64,000 nt of DNA from an uncultured Solirubrobacterales bacterium. Lineage in GTDB: Bacteria > Actinomycetota > Thermoleophilia > Solirubrobacterales > 70-9. The translations under genes and the position numbers were made by a program. Below, one piece after another: positions 8,442-18,717 of the stretch (its first letter is position 1; each line of letters starts with the position of its first letter). The DNA is taken from NCBI GenBank assembly GCA_963767475.1, contig CAVYEI010000002.1, positions 456,851 to 520,850 of the forward strand, given 5' to 3'. The notes beneath the pieces are model-generated. The model was not told where the DNA came from, did not search any database, and worked only from the letters and a program-made list of their open reading frames with translations.

Positions 8442-9542
8442 ATGACACTGACGGCACCCAGCGACTCAGTCCGACCCGCTGGGCCCCGCGTCGACCGCCT
8501 CAGCGGAGTCGACGGGATGATCGTCTTGGACGTGCCGAGCGCGCCGACGAGCGGCGGAGGTACACGCCTCGCGCCCGACGTCACGGAGCCCGAGATGCGC
8601 CTGCTCGCGCGGGCGATGACCTACAAGCTCGCGGTCCTAGAGATTCCAGTTGGTGGGGCCAAGATCGGCCTCCGAGCCTCGCCCGACGACCGGGCCGAGG
8701 TCATCAGCCGTTTTCGCGCCGAGATCGCTCCGCGCCTGGGCTCCGGTGCGCTGATGACTGGCCCGGACCTCGGCACCTATGAGGAGGACTTCGAGGGCCT
8801 CCCGACTCCAGGCGGAGCCGAGGGCATCGCCGCGACGAATGGCAACGGGATGCCTATCGAACAGTTGCTCTCCGGCGCCGGGGTCGTCTCCGCGTTGAGC
8901 GCCGCGTTCGGGGGCGACCTCGAGGGTCGTGCGGTCGCACTCGAGGGCTTCGGGAAAATGGGCCAGAGCATCGCCCTTGCGCTCGCCGCCCGGGGCGGTC
9001 GCATCGTGGCCGTCTCGACCGTGGTCGGCTGCGCAGTCGCTCCGCCCGGAGGCGAGCTCGAGCTCGAGGAGCTCCTCGGGGCGCAGAGGCTATGGGGCGA
9101 TGCCTTGGTCGAGCAGGTCGGACTTCATGCCCACCGGGCGGCGCTTTGGAGCGTCCCCTGTGACGCGCTCGTCCCAGGCGCCCGGCCGGGCGTCCTTGGC
9201 GTGGGTTGTGCCAGGCGCGTCGCCGCAAGAGCGATCATGCCGGTCGCGAATGCTCCCTATACAGCTGGCGGCCTGCGCGCACTTCGCGAGCGCGGGATCT
9301 CCGCCCACGCTGACTTTCTCACGAGCGCCGGTGGAGCGATGGCCTACCTCGCGCCGGCTGTCGCAGGAGCGTCGACCGTCGAGGAGGCCTGCGATGCACT
9401 CGACGATGCCATGGCATCGATCGTCGCTGAAGTACTGGACCACCCGGCCGGACCGTACGCGGGCGCGGTAGCCCGCGCTGAGAGCTTCCTGCACACATGG
9501 CTGGACCCATCGGAGCTGCCAGACGGCCCACCGTTGGCCTGA
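8442..9542 (+). CDS. Glu/Leu/Phe/Val dehydrogenase family protein (leucine/valine dehydrogenase-like)
   Basis: LAVLEIPVGGAKIGL contains the catalytic GGxK box. Rossmann motif LEGFGKMGQS. Sits directly upstream of the 2-oxoacid dehydrogenase genes. Confidence 0.75.
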   Translation: MTLTAPSDSVRPAGPRVDRLSGVDGMIVLDVPSAPTSGGGTRLAPDVTEPEMRLLARAMTYKLAVLEIPVGGAKIGLRASPDDRAEVISRFRAEIAPRLGSGALMTGPDLGTYEEDFEGLPTPGGAEGIAATNGNGMPIEQLLSGAGVVSALSAAFGGDLEGRAVALEGFGKMGQSIALALAARGGRIVAVSTVVGCAVAPPGGELELEELLGAQRLWGDALVEQVGLHAHRAALWSVPCDALVPGARPGVLGVGCARRVAARAIMPVANAPYTAGGLRALRERGISAHADFLTSAGGAMAYLAPAVAGASTVEEACDALDDAMASIVAEVLDHPAGPYAGAVARAESFLHTWLDPSELPDGPPLA

Positions 9543-9548
9543 GTCGCG

Positions 9549-10571
9549 ATGACAGGAGCGACGCTTAACGGGGCAGATCCACGCTCTGTCCCGCATGATC
9601 ATCCGCAAGCCGAGGACATCGCGCTGCTCAAGGACATGCTTCTGCTGCGGGCCTACGATGAGCGCGCCGTTACGCTCCAGCGACAGGGGCGCATCGGCGC
9701 ATATCCGATGTTCTGGGGTGAGGAGGGGATCCAGGCGGGCGCCGTGTCGGCCCTGCGTGCCTCGGACTGGATCTTCCCCACCTACCGTCAGAACGCGCTT
9801 CCGATCCTGCGCGGCCTACCACCCGATCGGGCGCTTCGCTACTTCAACGGCGATCCGCGAGCGTTCTTCGACCCGAAGGAATATGGCTGCGCGCCGCAAT
9901 GCGTTCCGATCGCGACCCATCTCCCGCACGCCGTGGGCTGGGCCTGGGGCCGGAGGATCTCAGGCGCTGACGACGTGGCGATCGCGTTCTTCGGCGACGG
10001 CGCGACCTCCGAGGGCGACTTCAGCGAGGCGCTGAACATCGCCGGAGTCCAGCGCGCACCAGTCGTGTTCATGTGCACCAACAACCGCTGGGCGGTCTCC
10101 ACTCCCGTCGAACGGCAGACAGCAGCCAGCAAGCTCGCGGACAAGGCCTCGGGCTATGGGATCGCCGCCGTCGAGGTCGACGGGTACGACGCGCGTGCGG
10201 TCCGGGACGTGGTCGCCGTCGCAACCGAGCGCGCGCGCGCCGCCGCCGGACCGTCGCTCATCGAGGCGAGCTGCTACCGGATCGAGGCGCACGCGACAGC
10301 CGACGATCCCTCGCGCTATCGCAACCAGGCCGAAGCTGAGGCGTGGCGGGCGCGCGAGCCTGTAGCGCGGCTGGCCCGTGAGCTGATTGCCGAAGGCGAG
10401 CTCACTGCGGAGGAGCTAGAGCAACTCACTGCGGACGCGCACGGGGCGATGCGCGATGCCGCTGAGCAGCTAAACAGCGGACCGCCGATCGGGCGTCGGC
10501 TCTTGATCGAGCACGTGCTCGCGCATCCAACCGCGGTCCTCGAAGCTCAGCTCGAGGGCCGCACCGCGTGA
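9549..10571 (+). CDS. 2-oxoacid dehydrogenase E1 component, alpha subunit (ThDP-dependent)
   Basis: 340 aa. ThDP motif GDGATSEGDFSEALNIAGVQRAPVVFMCTNN. Confidence 0.9.
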   Translation: MTGATLNGADPRSVPHDHPQAEDIALLKDMLLLRAYDERAVTLQRQGRIGAYPMFWGEEGIQAGAVSALRASDWIFPTYRQNALPILRGLPPDRALRYFNGDPRAFFDPKEYGCAPQCVPIATHLPHAVGWAWGRRISGADDVAIAFFGDGATSEGDFSEALNIAGVQRAPVVFMCTNNRWAVSTPVERQTAASKLADKASGYGIAAVEVDGYDARAVRDVVAVATERARAAAGPSLIEASCYRIEAHATADDPSRYRNQAEAEAWRAREPVARLARELIAEGELTAEELEQLTADAHGAMRDAAEQLNSGPPIGRRLLIEHVLAHPTAVLEAQLEGRTA

Positions 10572-11587
10572 GCCTTCCAGAGGTCGCGAGCTCGCCGCAC
10601 ATCATCGGCGGGAGCCCGGTGACTATGGTCCAGGCGCTCAACGCTGCGCTTGATCGGGCCCTGGAGACGACTCCAAGCGTTCTCCTCCTCGGCCAGGACA
10701 TCGGCCCCAACGGTGGAGTCTTTCGAGTCACCGAGGACCTGGCCGAACGCCACGGTGCGGAGCGCGTCGTCGACATGCCGATCGCAGAGGCCGGGATGGT
10801 CGGGGCAGCCGTTGGACTCGCGCTGGCCGGTCACCGACCCGTGCTCGAGGTGCAGTTCGATGCCTTCAGCTATCCGGCGTTCGAGCAGATCGCCACGCAC
10901 GTGGCGCGTTACAGATGGCGTACGAACGGTGCCAGCGCGATGCCCATCGTCATTCGCGTTCCGTTCGGTGGGGGCGTACGAGCGCCTGAGCTGCATAGCG
11001 ACTCACCCGAGGCCCTCTTCTCCCACCTACCCGGGCTGCGTGTCGTTTGCCCCTCGACGCCGGCTGATGCGTTCGCCCTGCTGGGCTGGGCAATCGCTGC
11101 GGACGATCCGGTCGTGTTCATGGAGCCCAAGCGCCTTTACCGCGGTTTACGCGAGCCACTGCGAGCCGAGTACCGCGAGCCGGACGAGCCAGAGGTCGGC
11201 GTGGTGCGCGAGGGCCACGATGTCACGGTCATCGGCTACGGCCCGACCGTTTCCACCTGCGTTTTCGCAGCCGCCGCGCTCCAGGGCGAAGGGATCTCGG
11301 CCGAGGTCCTCGATCTACGCTCACTCTGGCCACTCGACGCCGACGGCATCCTTCACTCTGTTCGCCGGACTGGGCGCTGCGTGATCGTCCATGAAGCCCC
11401 ACAGTCCTGCGGGATCGGAGCCGAAGTCGCAGCGCTGGTCTCGGAGCACGCCCTGCTGGATCTGGAGGCGCCCGTCTTACGCATTACCGGCCCCGACGCG
11501 CCGTTCCCGCTGTTCGCGCTCGAGGAGGAGTATCCGCCGAGCGTTTCGCGGGTTTCCAACGCCGTCCGGACAACCGTCGCTTTCTGA
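10568..11587 (+). CDS. 2-oxoacid dehydrogenase E1 component, beta subunit
   Basis: 339 aa with a transketolase-like pyrimidine-binding fold (VVDMPIAEAGMVGAAVGLA). 4-nt overlap with the alpha subunit gene. Confidence 0.9.
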   Translation: MSLPEVASSPHIIGGSPVTMVQALNAALDRALETTPSVLLLGQDIGPNGGVFRVTEDLAERHGAERVVDMPIAEAGMVGAAVGLALAGHRPVLEVQFDAFSYPAFEQIATHVARYRWRTNGASAMPIVIRVPFGGGVRAPELHSDSPEALFSHLPGLRVVCPSTPADAFALLGWAIAADDPVVFMEPKRLYRGLREPLRAEYREPDEPEVGVVREGHDVTVIGYGPTVSTCVFAAAALQGEGISAEVLDLRSLWPLDADGILHSVRRTGRCVIVHEAPQSCGIGAEVAALVSEHALLDLEAPVLRITGPDAPFPLFALEEEYPPSVSRVSNAVRTTVAF

Positions 11588-12693
11588 TGATCCATCACCT
11601 TGTGTTGCCCGACCTAGGCGAAGGCGTTGCCGAGGGGGAGGTGATCGCCTGGTTGGTCGAGCCCGGGCAGGCCATCGCCGCGGACGAGCCGATCGTTGAG
11701 GTTTCAACGGACAAGGCCGACGTCGTCATCCCGTCCGCGATCACCGGCACCGTTGTGAGCTTGCGCGTCGATGTCGGCCAGGCGGTTTCCGTCGGAACCG
11801 CGCTCGCCCAGATTGACGATGGCCAGGACGGCGAGTCCGAAACCACGCCGCCGACGACGCTGCTCGAGACGCCGAAGGCCCTGCCGTTCGTTCCGGCCGA
11901 CCGCGGCCCGGTCGCACTGCCGGCGGTGCGCGGACTGGCTCGCAAGCTGGGTGTTGAGCTCAGCACCGTGCGCCCAAGTGGCCCCAATGGGCGGGTCACG
12001 GAGGACGACGTGAGGGCAGCGGCCGCCGAGACCGGCAACGGCCTGAGAGAGACGATCGCTCGCCGCCTGACCACCGCCGCTGCGATTCCGACGGTAACGA
12101 ACGTCGACGCAGCGGACTTTGAGGCGGTGCGCTCGGCTCGGCAGTCGCCCCTGGTCGCATGCTCGAGAGCGGTCGTTCTGGCCCTAGCCGACCATCCGCG
12201 GCTCAACGCCTGGCAGCTCGACGACGGATCAGTGGTCGAGAATCCGGAAGTCCACTTGGGCATCGCGACGCAGACGCCGAAGGGACTCCTCGTCCCGGTA
12301 GTCCGGAATGCCCACCTGCTGGCGGCTGAGGAACTCGGCGCGGCGATCGCAGAAAAGGCGGCAACAGCGCGTGAAGGCCGCGCGGCCCCCGAGGAGCTGA
12401 GAGGCTCGACGATCACGATTACAAGCGCCGGCATGCGCGGGGGACTCTTTGCGACTCCGCTCCTCAACCTGCCGGAGATCGCGATCGTTGGCTTGTACCG
12501 GATCGAGCAGCGGCCGGCCGTTCGCGACGGCAAGGTCGTCCCCCGCCACACCGGCAACATCTCGGTGACCTTCGATCACCGGGCGATCGACGGTGTCCAC
12601 GCCGCCGATTTCCTCGGGCGCGTCATCGAGATCCTCGAGCGCTGGCCTTCCGAGCGTTCCGACGCTCAAGACGCGAGTCAGCGGCTCGCCTGA
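11587..12693 (+). CDS. Dihydrolipoamide acyltransferase, E2 component
   Basis: Lipoyl domain with VEVSTDKADVVIP. E3-binding segment. Catalytic motif FDHRAIDG. Confidence 0.9.
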   Translation: MIHHLVLPDLGEGVAEGEVIAWLVEPGQAIAADEPIVEVSTDKADVVIPSAITGTVVSLRVDVGQAVSVGTALAQIDDGQDGESETTPPTTLLETPKALPFVPADRGPVALPAVRGLARKLGVELSTVRPSGPNGRVTEDDVRAAAAETGNGLRETIARRLTTAAAIPTVTNVDAADFEAVRSARQSPLVACSRAVVLALADHPRLNAWQLDDGSVVENPEVHLGIATQTPKGLLVPVVRNAHLLAAEELGAAIAEKAATAREGRAAPEELRGSTITITSAGMRGGLFATPLLNLPEIAIVGLYRIEQRPAVRDGKVVPRHTGNISVTFDHRAIDGVHAADFLGRVIEILERWPSERSDAQDASQRLA

Positions 12694-12711
12694 AAGTCTC
12701 AAGGCGAGACC

Positions 12712-13746
12712 CTAGTCGGCATACAGTCCGAGCAGCGCGGATCCGCGAACACTGCGGTGCACGACAACATGCCGACCATCCCGCTCGCGGATGATCAACC
12801 CCGCCACCTCGAGCGCCCGAAGGTGATGGGTTGCGGCGCCTGGGGTCGCGACAATCGCCTGGGCGATCGCGCCGGCATGGCGCGGCCGGTCGAGGAGCCG
12901 CAGGATCTTGGCGCGCTGGGCGCCCAGGAGCGCGTCCAGAGCCGCCGGCGATGGGAGGACCTCGCCGTTCAGGACCTTCGTCGCCCCCGGCAATGGATAG
13001 TGAATCGCGCTCAGGGTCCCGTCGTCATGAACGTTGGCACGCGCGCTCCCAGGCCCGTTGAGGACCGGTGTGATCACCAGGCCCTCGGCGGGCAGCTGCA
13101 GTTCAAGGGGCTCGTCGTGGGCCATGCGCCATAGACCGTCGCGAACCTCTGCGCGGTGGTGGAAGTCGGCGCTCAGCTCCGGCAGCGCGCCGCGGGCCGC
13201 CGCCGTTTCCACTCGTTCGATCTCGAGTTCGATCAGTCCGCGTGACGCCGCCCACGGCTCTTGCATGCCGTGCCAGACCCTCCCAAGTGCCCGCGCATAG
13301 AGCACGAGCCACCTACGCGGCCGCCGGGCTACCTCATCCCAAGGAGGCGCCGGCGAGGAGCCGCAGGCGAAGGCGATGTCGTCAAGCAGCGCATCGGTCG
13401 ACAGCGTCGCGATTCGCTCGAGCTCCTCGCGGACGCTGTCACTGGACACCTGATCATCGGGCTGGATCAAGCATCCAGGACTGAAGCTGCCGGGCGGGCC
13501 CCCGGTCGGGGCAAGAATTGCGTGATCGGAGGGCTCGAGCTGAGCACGCGCCGCGGCTATCCACTCGGCAGGGGTCCCCCGCCCGGCCCCGGCGACATCG
13601 GCGGCAAGCGTGAACAGCGTCGGCCCCGGAGTGACCGCGACACGTGGCGCCTGGACTTCGAGCAGCTCGAGATCCAGGGTCGCGTATGAGTTTGCATCAT
13701 TGCCAGAGGGCGCGGATTGATTCACGCCCTCACCCACGTCCATCAC
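12712..13746 (-). CDS. ArsR-type regulator with long N-terminal domain (DUF5937-like), paralog 2
   Basis: C-terminus reads LDALLGAQRAKILRLLDRPRHAGAIAQAIVATPGAATHHLRALEVAGLIIRERDGRHVVVHRS. Confidence 0.7.
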   Translation of the reverse strand: MMDVGEGVNQSAPSGNDANSYATLDLELLEVQAPRVAVTPGPTLFTLAADVAGAGRGTPAEWIAAARAQLEPSDHAILAPTGGPPGSFSPGCLIQPDDQVSSDSVREELERIATLSTDALLDDIAFACGSSPAPPWDEVARRPRRWLVLYARALGRVWHGMQEPWAASRGLIELEIERVETAAARGALPELSADFHHRAEVRDGLWRMAHDEPLELQLPAEGLVITPVLNGPGSARANVHDDGTLSAIHYPLPGATKVLNGEVLPSPAALDALLGAQRAKILRLLDRPRHAGAIAQAIVATPGAATHHLRALEVAGLIIRERDGRHVVVHRSVRGSALLGLYAD

Positions 13747-14123
13747 CTGCGGTCAGACTGAACATGGCAATGTCGACCAAGCTCGGGTCGGCACCAGGAA
13801 CGGTCCCGTACTTGGCCCGCCGCTACAAGCATTTCAACGATCGTTAAAGCGAGGGAAGTGGTAGCAGTAGACGTGGTCGTCGATCAGCCTCTAGGCATCG
13901 TGGAAGAGCGCCTCTCGATCGCCGCCAGGATCAAGCTTGTGCAGTTCGTAGGCCTTGGAGATCGTGGGGCTGAGAGGCACGGGTCGAGATTCCCGACCCT
14001 ATGCCGCCTCGCAACCAGATCTGGCCTCTCGGTGATGCGAATTCCAGATCACTGCCTGTCGGGGTCGAATTCAGGGATACACCCGATACCGCGACCTGCG
14101 GGCATCTGCGAGCGTATCGCGCC

Positions 14124-15104
14124 ATGGAGGGCTGGTTCGGAGTGGAGATCCGTCATCTCGCGACACTTATGGCGATCGACAGCGAGCGCTCGTTTCGGGG
14201 GGCAGCGGAGAAGCTCGGATACGTTCAGTCCGCGGTCAGCCAACAACTGGTCAAGCTCGAAGCGTTGGTCGGCGCAAGGCTGGTCGAGCGCTCCAGGGGC
14301 CACAGCCAGGTGGAACTGACACATGCCGGTCGGGTCCTCCTCTCTCACGCCGATCGCGTGCTGAAGCAGCTGGAGGCAGCGCAGACCGACATGCTGGCGG
14401 CAACGGAGGGTCCCCAAGGCGTCCTCCGGGTCGGCGCGTGCGCGAGTGCGGCGACCCGGATCATGCCCAGGGCCCTGGCCCTGCTGGCGAACCGACATCC
14501 AGAGCTCAGGATCGAGTCCACCGACTCGCCGAGCGATTCGCCGTTCTTCGACGGGATCCAAGGTTGCGACCTGGATGTGGCCTTTGCCGAGCTCCCGCTC
14601 GAGCCCGGCACCTTCGAATATCGGCGGCTGCTCTCCGACCCGTGTGTGCTGCTCGTGCACTGGGAGTCGCCCTGGGCGCTGAGCGAGCGCGTGCCGGATC
14701 TCGACGAGATCGCCTCCCTGCCGCTGGTAGCCCATCCCAGCTGGCGCAACGGTGCGCTGATCGACGGATACTTCGAGGCCGCCGGGCTGACCCCTCGATA
14801 TAGCCACCGATCGCACTCGAGCTCTGCGACGCAGGCGCTCGTTGCCGGCGGACTCGCAGCCGCGATCCTGCCGAAGCTCGCCGTGGACCCGCATCACCCG
14901 GATACGACGGCGATCGAGCTCAATGTCCTCCCCCGGACCGCGCTCGCGCTCTACTGGCATGCCGAACGAGCACCACACCCAGCACTGCCGGCGTTCGTCG
15001 ACGCGGTTGAGAGCGTATGCGCTCGCCTCCTGACGCCTGGGGCCCTCGCCGCCGCGCCGCCCATCGAGCGGCCGGCCCCTGCGTCAAGCGCCGTCCCAGC
15101 CTGA
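14124..15104 (+). CDS. LysR family transcriptional regulator
   Basis: Start chosen at MEGWFG. HTH IRHLATLMAIDSERSFRGAAEKLGYVQSAVSQQLVKLE. Confidence 0.8.
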   Translation: MEGWFGVEIRHLATLMAIDSERSFRGAAEKLGYVQSAVSQQLVKLEALVGARLVERSRGHSQVELTHAGRVLLSHADRVLKQLEAAQTDMLAATEGPQGVLRVGACASAATRIMPRALALLANRHPELRIESTDSPSDSPFFDGIQGCDLDVAFAELPLEPGTFEYRRLLSDPCVLLVHWESPWALSERVPDLDEIASLPLVAHPSWRNGALIDGYFEAAGLTPRYSHRSHSSSATQALVAGGLAAAILPKLAVDPHHPDTTAIELNVLPRTALALYWHAERAPHPALPAFVDAVESVCARLLTPGALAAAPPIERPAPASSAVPA

Positions 15105-15209
15105 GCGCCCACTAGAACAGTTGAAGGATTCTGAAAATCCTTGAGCGCGTGTCCGCGTTCGACAATCCTGCCCTCAACATGCGTTAACAAATAGCGGGGG
15201 TGGGAGGTC

Positions 15210-18194
15210 ATGGTGGCGATGCCGACGCTAGGGGCGTCCGGCGCGAACAAGGAACCGCATCCGGCCAGGGTGGCAAGCGAAAAGCTGATCGGGCGAGACG
15301 CTGAGCTGGCTGCGATCGATCTCGCGATCGATCGCGTCGCCAGCGGGCACCCTTGCGGCCTTGCGTTCGTCGGCGAGCCGGGCGTGGGCAAGACGGCTCT
15401 GCTCGGTCAGGTCTGCAGCCGGGCGCGTGCCGCCGGTCTCACCGTAGTCGCCGGCCGCGGCACCGAGTTCGAGCGAGGGGTGCCGTTCGGCGTCCTCGTC
15501 GATGCCCTCGACGCCACACTCGCCTCGCGTGGCGCCAATTGGCCGAACGAGCTCACCGAGGAGCGCCTGGCCTGCCTGGCATCGGTGTTCCCGTCGCTAG
15601 CAGAACTTCGCTCGCCGACGTCCGAGCTGCCGTCTCTCGAGGAGCATCGCTTTCACAAGGCTGTTCGGACCGCGCTCGAGGCCATGGCGAATGACGAGCC
15701 GTTCGTCCTCGCGCTCGACGACGTGCATTGGTCGGATCGGGCCTCTGCCGACCTCCTTGCCCATCTGCTGCATCAGGGGATGCGCGGACCGATCTTGACC
15801 GTGATCGCCTATCGAGCGGCCGAAGCACCGACGGTTCTTCGGCGGGCGGTCGCGGGCGCGGCCCGAGATCGCGACGTGGTGGAGCTTTCGATCGCCCCCC
15901 TTGACGAGGAGCAAGCGGACGAGCTGCTTGGAGGCGACCTGCCGGCAGAGCGGCGGCGAGAGCTGTACCGCGAAACCGGCGGCAATCCCTTCTATTTGAT
16001 GGAGCTCGCGCGTGCGGAAGCCTACGCGGAGGTCGGAGCGAACGTAGCGGACTCGCCCGCCGAGCTGAGGCCGGACGAGGTTCCGACGGCGATCCGCGCG
16101 GCGATCGAGCATGAGGTCGAGGCGCGCTCGCCCGGAGCCCGCGCGCTCACGGAGGCCGCCGCCGTGGTTGGTGAACCTTTCGAGCCCGAGGTCGCCGGGC
16201 ATGTAGCCCAGCTCGGAACTGACGACCTGCCATCGGCACTCGATGAGATCGCGGCAGCGGGGTTGATCCGACCGGCGGACGGGGCTCGTGGCTACGTGTT
16301 CCGTCACCCGATTGTCCGGCGGGCGGTTTACGAGTCACTCGGCGTCGGATCGCGCGCGAGCGCTCATGGGCGTGCCGCCGAGTTCCTCGAGCATGCACGT
16401 GGCCCGCTTCCCGCACGCGCCCACCACGTCGAGCGTTCCGCGCGCCGCGGCGATGCGCAGGCGATCGACCTGCTGCAGACGGCGGCAGCAGCCACGGCGC
16501 CGTTGGCGCCGTCGGCCGCGTCTCGTTGGTTGTCGAGTGCGCTCGACCTGCTCCCCGGTGACGCCACCGCCGAGCGCCGAATTTCCCTCTTGATACCGCT
16601 CGCGACAACCTCCGCCGGCGCCGGCAAGCTCCTCGCAGGTCGCGCTGCCCTAGTCGACGCGCTCCCGTCGCTTTCGGGCAAGGACGAAGTCGGACCACAT
16701 GCCGAGCTGGTCAGCTCGCTCGCCCGACTGGACCACGCAGTCGGGCGCGAGCAGGACGTCCGAGCGGTATTGGAAGACGCACTGCGGGAGAGCGAGGCAT
16801 TGACCGCGCAGCAGGAACTCCGCCTGCTCGTGGACCTGGCGGTGAGCTGCTGGCTCGGCGACGACCCGCACGCGCTTGCCAGCGGCGCGCGATCAGCCCG
16901 CCGACTTGCTGCGGAAATCGACGACCGGGTCAGCTACGCGACCCTCTGCGCATTGGAGGCACTCGCTTGCGGTCGCACCGGGGAACTCGACCTGGCTCTC
17001 GCGCGAACCAAGGAGGCGAGTGGTCTCGTCGACCGCTTGACCGACGCCGGCTTCGCCGCCCGGATCGAAGGCCTGCTGCTGCTCGGGCACGCCGAGCTCG
17101 CGATCGGAGTCCCGGCCGCCGCCGCGCGCCGTCTCGAGCGCGGCCTGCGAATCGCTCGGGCCACCAATCAGGTCGCCTGGTCTGCACTCCTCACCAGTGA
17201 GCTGGCCCTTGCCCGCGCACTTGGAGGCGAGCTCAACGGCGCTTCCGAAGCGGCCGACGAGGCGCTGGCCGCTTCCAGCCTCGACCACCCGGAGCTGGAG
17301 ATTCGAGTCCTTTCTGTCCGGGCAACGGTCCACACGGTCGCGGGGGACCTGAATCGGGCAATCGGCTACGGCGAACAGGCGGTGGCGATCACCGACCGTG
17401 TGCCGCGGTCGGCATTCACTTGGACCGCTCACAGTGCCCTCGCGCGGGCGCGGCTCGAATCCGGTGATCCGGCGCTGGCACGCGACGACATCCTTGCTCA
17501 CGCTGGCGGCGCCGAACTCCCAGTCGTGCCTCACGGCGAGCGCGCACACTGGTTCGCCAAGCTCGCCGAGGCGGAGCTATCCGTCGAGGATGTCGAGCAG
17601 GCCGGGACTTGGACGAAGCTGGCTGAAGAGGCGGCCGACGCATACCCGCTCGGGCGGGCGCGCGGCGAAGCGCATCTCGCCCGCGCCCGCCTCGAGCTTG
17701 CAGAGGGACGGGTTGGCGAGGCCGCGGCGCATGCCCGCGAGGCGGCTGACGCATTCCGCTCGTGCGGGCTGCCGATCGACTCAGCCAAGGCGGAGATCGT
17801 CGAGGGCCGCGGCGCGGCGCGCGCCGGCGACCATGAGTCGGCAATCGGACTCCTGCGTGGGGCCGAAATGGAGCTCCGACGCTGCGGCGCGGACCGCAAC
17901 GCCGACGAGGCCGCGAGCGAGCTCCGCGCCCTCGGAGAGCGAGTCTCCCGGCGTGCTCGACCTCTTGCGGGGACCGAGACCCTCGAGATCCTCAGCCGGC
18001 GCGAGCGCGAGGTCGCGGGGCTCGTTGCCCGCGGGTTGACCAACCGCGAGATCGCCGCCCACCTGTTCCTAAGCACGAAGACGATCGAGACCCACCTCAG
18101 CCGCGCCTATGAGAAGCTCGGCATCTCGTCCCGCGCGGCATTGGCGGTTGCAATCGAACGCGCCCCGGCCGAACCAGGCGAACGCGTTCGATAG
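15210..18194 (+). CDS. LAL-type (large ATP-binding LuxR family) transcriptional regulator
   Basis: 994 aa. Walker A GEPGVGKTAL, a long helical repeat region and a C-terminal LuxR HTH (REVAGLVARGLTNREIAAHLFLSTKTIETHLSRAYEKLG). SD GGGAGG. Confidence 0.85.
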   Translation: MVAMPTLGASGANKEPHPARVASEKLIGRDAELAAIDLAIDRVASGHPCGLAFVGEPGVGKTALLGQVCSRARAAGLTVVAGRGTEFERGVPFGVLVDALDATLASRGANWPNELTEERLACLASVFPSLAELRSPTSELPSLEEHRFHKAVRTALEAMANDEPFVLALDDVHWSDRASADLLAHLLHQGMRGPILTVIAYRAAEAPTVLRRAVAGAARDRDVVELSIAPLDEEQADELLGGDLPAERRRELYRETGGNPFYLMELARAEAYAEVGANVADSPAELRPDEVPTAIRAAIEHEVEARSPGARALTEAAAVVGEPFEPEVAGHVAQLGTDDLPSALDEIAAAGLIRPADGARGYVFRHPIVRRAVYESLGVGSRASAHGRAAEFLEHARGPLPARAHHVERSARRGDAQAIDLLQTAAAATAPLAPSAASRWLSSALDLLPGDATAERRISLLIPLATTSAGAGKLLAGRAALVDALPSLSGKDEVGPHAELVSSLARLDHAVGREQDVRAVLEDALRESEALTAQQELRLLVDLAVSCWLGDDPHALASGARSARRLAAEIDDRVSYATLCALEALACGRTGELDLALARTKEASGLVDRLTDAGFAARIEGLLLLGHAELAIGVPAAAARRLERGLRIARATNQVAWSALLTSELALARALGGELNGASEAADEALAASSLDHPELEIRVLSVRATVHTVAGDLNRAIGYGEQAVAITDRVPRSAFTWTAHSALARARLESGDPALARDDILAHAGGAELPVVPHGERAHWFAKLAEAELSVEDVEQAGTWTKLAEEAADAYPLGRARGEAHLARARLELAEGRVGEAAAHAREAADAFRSCGLPIDSAKAEIVEGRGAARAGDHESAIGLLRGAEMELRRCGADRNADEAASELRALGERVSRRARPLAGTETLEILSRREREVAGLVARGLTNREIAAHLFLSTKTIETHLSRAYEKLGISSRAALAVAIERAPAEPGERVR

Positions 18195-18401
18195 CAACCG
18201 GTGGTGCACCGCCACCACGTCGATGTGAGCTCAGGTCCGGTCGCCGTTCTGGGATCCCACCCCCTCCGCCTGCGCTGCGGCCCCGCCTGAAAACCGGACC
18301 GCGAGGCCGACCGGGCCAGCCTTCGTCGCCGGGAGCGGACGACCGCGCTTGTCAGTCGCTGGGTAGGGGCGCGTCTCGACCTGGTGGCCGTGGGACTTCG
18401 C

Positions 18402-18553
18402 TCAGCGTTTGACGTTGTAGCCGAAGGTCTCGTCGAGCTCTCGTAGTCCTTGCCCTTGACGAACTTCCAGGCCTGTCCATCGGCCCACTCACTGAAGTCG
18501 AACTTCGGCCTTGAGAGCGGTGCGGGCAGACCGTCATCAAGAACTTGTGGCAT
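18402..18553 (-). pseudogene. Small ORF with apparent 1-nt frame disruption (MPQVLDDGLPAPLSRPKFDFSEWADGQAWKFVKGKDY / ELDETFGYNVKR*)
   Basis: SD GAAGGAG lies before the ATG at 18553. After KGKDYE the annotated frame becomes Arg-rich and runs into the LuxR gene. An adjacent frame reads ELDETFGYNVKR and stops at 18402. Confidence 0.3.
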
Positions 18554-18717
18554 CGGTGTACTCCTTCGATCGGTGGCTACGGGGCGGGCGCCGCGCCCAC
18601 CCCTTGATGCCTCGATCGCGGGACCTCGCCCCCCTGAACCGCCCGAGCTGCGGCAAGCCTTGAAAGATCGTTGAATTGCTGGCCGGCGCCACTCCAAGTC
18701 GCGACGCTCCCAGGACG

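Noticed and set aside
8442-12693. The leucine dehydrogenase plus E1a/E1b/E2 operon considered as a possible novelty.
   Set aside because: This is the standard bkd-type arrangement for branched-chain amino-acid catabolism. Only the lack of an adjacent E3 gene is notable, and E3 is often encoded elsewhere.
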